From Methanobacteriota archaeon (GTDB lineage Archaea > Halobacteriota > Bog-38 > Methanoflorentales > Methanoflorentaceae), in contig OY970393.1 of NCBI GenBank assembly GCA_963720465.1, positions 1,472,001 to 1,536,000 of the forward strand: a stretch of DNA of 64,000 bases. The letters run 5' to 3'. The notes under the pieces are model-generated. The model searched no databases, had not been told where the DNA came from, and saw only the letters and a list, made by a program, of their open reading frames with translations. The position numbers and the translations under genes are program-made. Below, piece after piece: positions 61,070 through 64,000 of the stretch (position 1 is its first letter; each line of letters opens with the position of its first letter).

Positions 61070-61580
61070 TTATTTGCGCAGAATTCTCTCAATATGGCCC
61101 TGTGTAATAATATATGACGTTACCGCCTTCGCGTCTTCACTTTCTTTGGCAGCCCTACGAAGAATTCAAACGCAAGATAATAAGTATCAAGCCGCATTTT
61201 AGTGAGATACTTGACAAAGAACTTTGCGAACGCGAGCGTCTTACTCTGACTCCATTAGGACGAATACTGCGCTAGCGTCGTCACGTGGAGGCGTTTCATC
61301 GTCTTTTACGATATCTCTCCACGAGTGTTTTTCCAGAGCACTCTCGCCGGACGAACAATCCAATCACGAGAAATATCCGCTAGTCCGAATGCATGGTTCT
61401 ACGTAGCTACAGAGTTCGTCCCTGGTAAACGCCAAAACGAGATTGCCGTGCGTTTGTCCGTTATTTGCGTATCCGTTTGGCCGGAGACGTGCGATTGCTG
61501 GTCTATCTTGCCGCGACGCAGTCGCGCCTAGCAATCATTAGTGACTCTAACTGCTGCGTTTTATCGTCAAAAGATTTGCA
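61070..61580 (-). pseudogene. Decayed tyrosine-integrase-like gene fragment
   Basis: Hand translation with stops and frameshifts: AFTRDELCSYV/GLADISRDWIVR..VLWKNTRGEIS*..SKTLAFAKFFVKYLTKMRLD..LPKKVK/VTSYIITQGHIERIL; resembles euryarchaeal integrases from memory; abuts the tRNA fragment. Confidence 0.55.
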
Positions 61581-61588
61581 AAAACTGA

Positions 61589-61633
61589 TGGGCTCGAGGC
61601 GATTCGAAAGCCCGGCATTCGCCGTTTAGAGGC
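61589..61633 (-). mobile_element. Degenerate 3' half of a tRNA (probably Val); att-like scar
   Basis: GCC-tctaaac-GGCGA..TTCGAAT-CGCCT-CGAGCCC-A; no D arm or 5' acceptor strand upstream. Confidence 0.7.
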
Positions 61634-62137
61634 TCATTTTTTGAATTTGGGCCCTTGCTGAGCTTTTCTGTTTACGTTCAGCAACTCTGACGAAAAAAGC
61701 TAGGGCCCCTTCGTGTACCGTTTGATATATGTCCATACTTGAACCTACAAGCCCACAAAACGCCGCGGTCGCCAAATGATCGGGGAGGCGTGAGACGGCG
61801 TCGAGCTATGAATGCCTATCTTGTGCCTGCGGTAGCAAGCGTCTCAGAACGCGTCAAGCTCGCATAACTGTTATGATTACATGGCAGCGTTTCAATGATT
61901 GGTTGCGCCGCACCCGAGCAAAGAAGAGCCCGCAAAGGAAGAAGAAGCATCAGCTAAACGCTGCACCGAAGCCGCTGGAAAATAGAAGGACGATCAAGTG
62001 GACGTCAGATCGTTCGAACGTATTCATTTTTTGACCGTTTGAACATCACAGCATAGTTTCTCCGGTCACGTGAAATCGAAGCGTTTATAGCATCTTCTAT
62101 CACGTTTCTGCATCAACGAACGTTTTGGGAGGCAGTC

Positions 62138-64000
62138 ATGCGCGTAAACAAAACCGTCTCATTTTCTGTAGTCATCGTTCTCATTACGATGTTATTTGCA
62201 AGTGTTGTAACCGTTCCTGCGGCAGCGCAGTCGACTCCCCCCACCATAACCTCCGTCAACCCCATCAACAACATGATAAACGTCCCGGTCACCAAGACGA
62301 TCGACATCACTTTCAACAAGACCGTCCAGCAAGGCACGAACTACTCCAACATCGAGCTTAAGAAGGGCGCTATCAGCGTCAACACCACCACCACCATCGC
62401 CGGCGACAAGCTCACCATCACGCCCAACGCCCCGCTCGCCTATAACACCAGCTACACCGTCTTCATTCCCAAAGACGCCGTGAAAAACGGCACGGAGACC
62501 ATGATGAGCGACTTCACCTCGCGCTTCACGACCGTAGCAGTACCGACGAAGGGCAGCACACTTGACGCTCCCGCCACCGCGAACGCCACGAGCAACGTCA
62601 TCAGCGTCACTACCAAGATGCCAACCGCGCTCACCCTTACAGCGTCCAACCCCACGCCCACCGTCAACCAACCGGTAACCTTCACCGCCACCCTCAAGAA
62701 TGGCACAACGCCCCTGTCGTCCAAGTCCGTCACCATCTACCACTACCTTAACAGCGTCCGCTACAACGACACTACCAACGCCACCAATGCCACCGGCCAG
62801 ATCACCGTCACGACAAGCTTTGGCTCTGCCGGCACACGCACCTACTACTCCACCTTTGCCGGGGACGGCTCCTATCAGAACTCGACGAGCAGCGTTGTCA
62901 CCGTGAACGTCACGGCACAGACGCAACTCTCCCTCACCGCGTCAAACACCACCCCCGCCGTCAACCAATCCGTCACTTTTACTGCCACCCTCACGAGTGG
63001 CACGACGCGCCTCCTAGGAAAAAACGTCAGCATTTACCACTACCTCAACGGCGTGCGCTACAACGACACCACTGCGAACACTGGCACCACCGGCCAGATC
63101 ACCGTCACCACGAGCTTTGGTTCTCCCGGAGAACGCACCTACTACGCCAGCTTCGCCGGGAACAGCTCCTACCAGGCGTCGACGAGCAGCGTCGTCAGCG
63201 TCAACGTCGACGCTCAGACGAACATCACCTTTACCGCATCAAACACGACTCCAATCGTCAATCAGTCGGTCAACTTCACGGCCACGCTCTCGTGGTCGAA
63301 CCCCGTGACCAGCCAGCGGCTACCTGTCATCGGCAAATCTATACAGATTTGGCACACCCTCAACGGCGTGCGCTATAACGACACGACAATCAACACGAAC
63401 AGCAGCGGCACGGCAACGTTCACACAGAAGTGGACATCAGCCGGCACACGCTACTATTATGCCACCTTCGCGGGCGACACGTGGTACAAAACCTTTAGCA
63501 GCAGCGCAGTCACCGTTGACGTCCAGACCGACACGCAAACTATCTATTACGTTCCCCAGGCAGGATCAACGTGGGTCAACCAGGGGACGGCAGGCGCCAG
63601 CTATAACGCGTACGTCAGCAATCCTGGCTCATTTCAGACCCAGTCAAACGGCTACCCCTATTGGGGTGACGACACGAGCAGTGATTTTGTCTGCATCCCG
63701 GCGGGCAGCGCAACCAACAACCAGAACGTCGTTTCGTGGGAGATAGGCTTTCATTTCTCCGGAGTAGTGGCTGGCCAGCGCTACCAGAAAATTTGGGACA
63801 AAGCGTGTGGTGGTTTCTTCTTTGAAATTGACACCTCACTTGGCGCTAATAATAGTGAACTTACCATCTACCGCGCGACAACCGGCGGCAGCGGGGCACG
63901 GTGGTACATACCGACTGATACCGTACTCCGCGCAGGCCACAATTATTACATTCAAATTGCGTGGAACACCAGCGCGGGCCCAGGAAACGAACCATATCCG
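62138..64000 (+). CDS. Large secreted protein (partial): SbsA/Big_5-like Ig domain, three Ig repeats, then a possible LamG/lectin-like domain
   Basis: Open frame from MRVNKTVSFSVVIVL to the window end; PPTITSVNP..ITFNK..LTITP..LAYNTSY; Ig repeats homologous to the 58891 gene; absent from the ORF track because it has no stop in the window. Confidence 0.88.
   Translation, partial: MRVNKTVSFSVVIVLITMLFASVVTVPAAAQSTPPTITSVNPINNMINVPVTKTIDITFNKTVQQGTNYSNIELKKGAISVNTTTTIAGDKLTITPNAPLAYNTSYTVFIPKDAVKNGTETMMSDFTSRFTTVAVPTKGSTLDAPATANATSNVISVTTKMPTALTLTASNPTPTVNQPVTFTATLKNGTTPLSSKSVTIYHYLNSVRYNDTTNATNATGQITVTTSFGSAGTRTYYSTFAGDGSYQNSTSSVVTVNVTAQTQLSLTASNTTPAVNQSVTFTATLTSGTTRLLGKNVSIYHYLNGVRYNDTTANTGTTGQITVTTSFGSPGERTYYASFAGNSSYQASTSSVVSVNVDAQTNITFTASNTTPIVNQSVNFTATLSWSNPVTSQRLPVIGKSIQIWHTLNGVRYNDTTINTNSSGTATFTQKWTSAGTRYYYATFAGDTWYKTFSSSAVTVDVQTDTQTIYYVPQAGSTWVNQGTAGASYNAYVSNPGSFQTQSNGYPYWGDDTSSDFVCIPAGSATNNQNVVSWEIGFHFSGVVAGQRYQKIWDKACGGFFFEIDTSLGANNSELTIYRATTGGSGARWYIPTDTVLRAGHNYYIQIAWNTSAGPGNEPYP

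Larger units (their letters stand above)
55671..62140 (+). promoter_or_regulatory. Repeated promoter/5'UTR/start module (~55671, ~57171, ~58761, ~62052)
   Basis: AGTTTC(AGA)CCG...TTTAT...GAACGYTTT..GAG.C..TCATGCGYGYA..CAAAA.C precedes each gene. Confidence 0.7.

Noticed and set aside
61730-62035. Short basic or Cys-containing ORFs right of the att scar
   Set aside because: No consistent start, SD or recognisable family; may be decayed element DNA
62192-62926. 244-aa minus-strand ORF and other long antisense ORFs in the track
   Set aside because: Shadow frames of well-supported genes on the opposite strand

Overview
Archaeal chromosomal DNA, most likely Halobacteriota/Methanomicrobia-like. 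This is inferred from DP1, RadA/RadB, RPA, Hel308-Cgi121, CofE, PGF-CTERM proteins, GGAGGTG SD sites and a BHB-type tRNA intron. Positions 1-44,300 are mostly housekeeping: thiDN-rps17e-dapA-dapB, DP1, signal peptidase, pgk, intron-containing tRNA-Thr(UGU), thyA, a ThiC/BzaF-family enzyme, radA-rpa, leuCDB, tRNA-Arg(GCG), cofE, hsp20, glmM, rtcA, cdc48, larC, radB, dapL-lysA-dapF and hel308. Three accessory blocks stand out. (i) At 19.8-22.4 kb, a tandem array of small PGF-CTERM surface proteins shares near-identical 5' and 3' cassettes around different middles, with one orphan anchor cassette. (ii) At 44.4-52.9 kb, a partly decayed glycosylation locus. (iii) From about 54.7 kb to the window end, a surface-protein island (two 8-blade PQQ-like propellers, two Ig-repeat proteins) uses one repeated promoter/signal-peptide module and contains a decayed tyrosine-integrase remnant beside a degenerate tRNA-Val 3' half (att-like). 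Other notable points are two conserved genes without a canonical start codon (rps17e ACG; a conserved hypothetical with ATC), a ~143-nt highly structured element upstream of hel308, and frameshifts in two adjacent genes (cofE and a GNAT). All calls are from reading the sequence; no searches were run.
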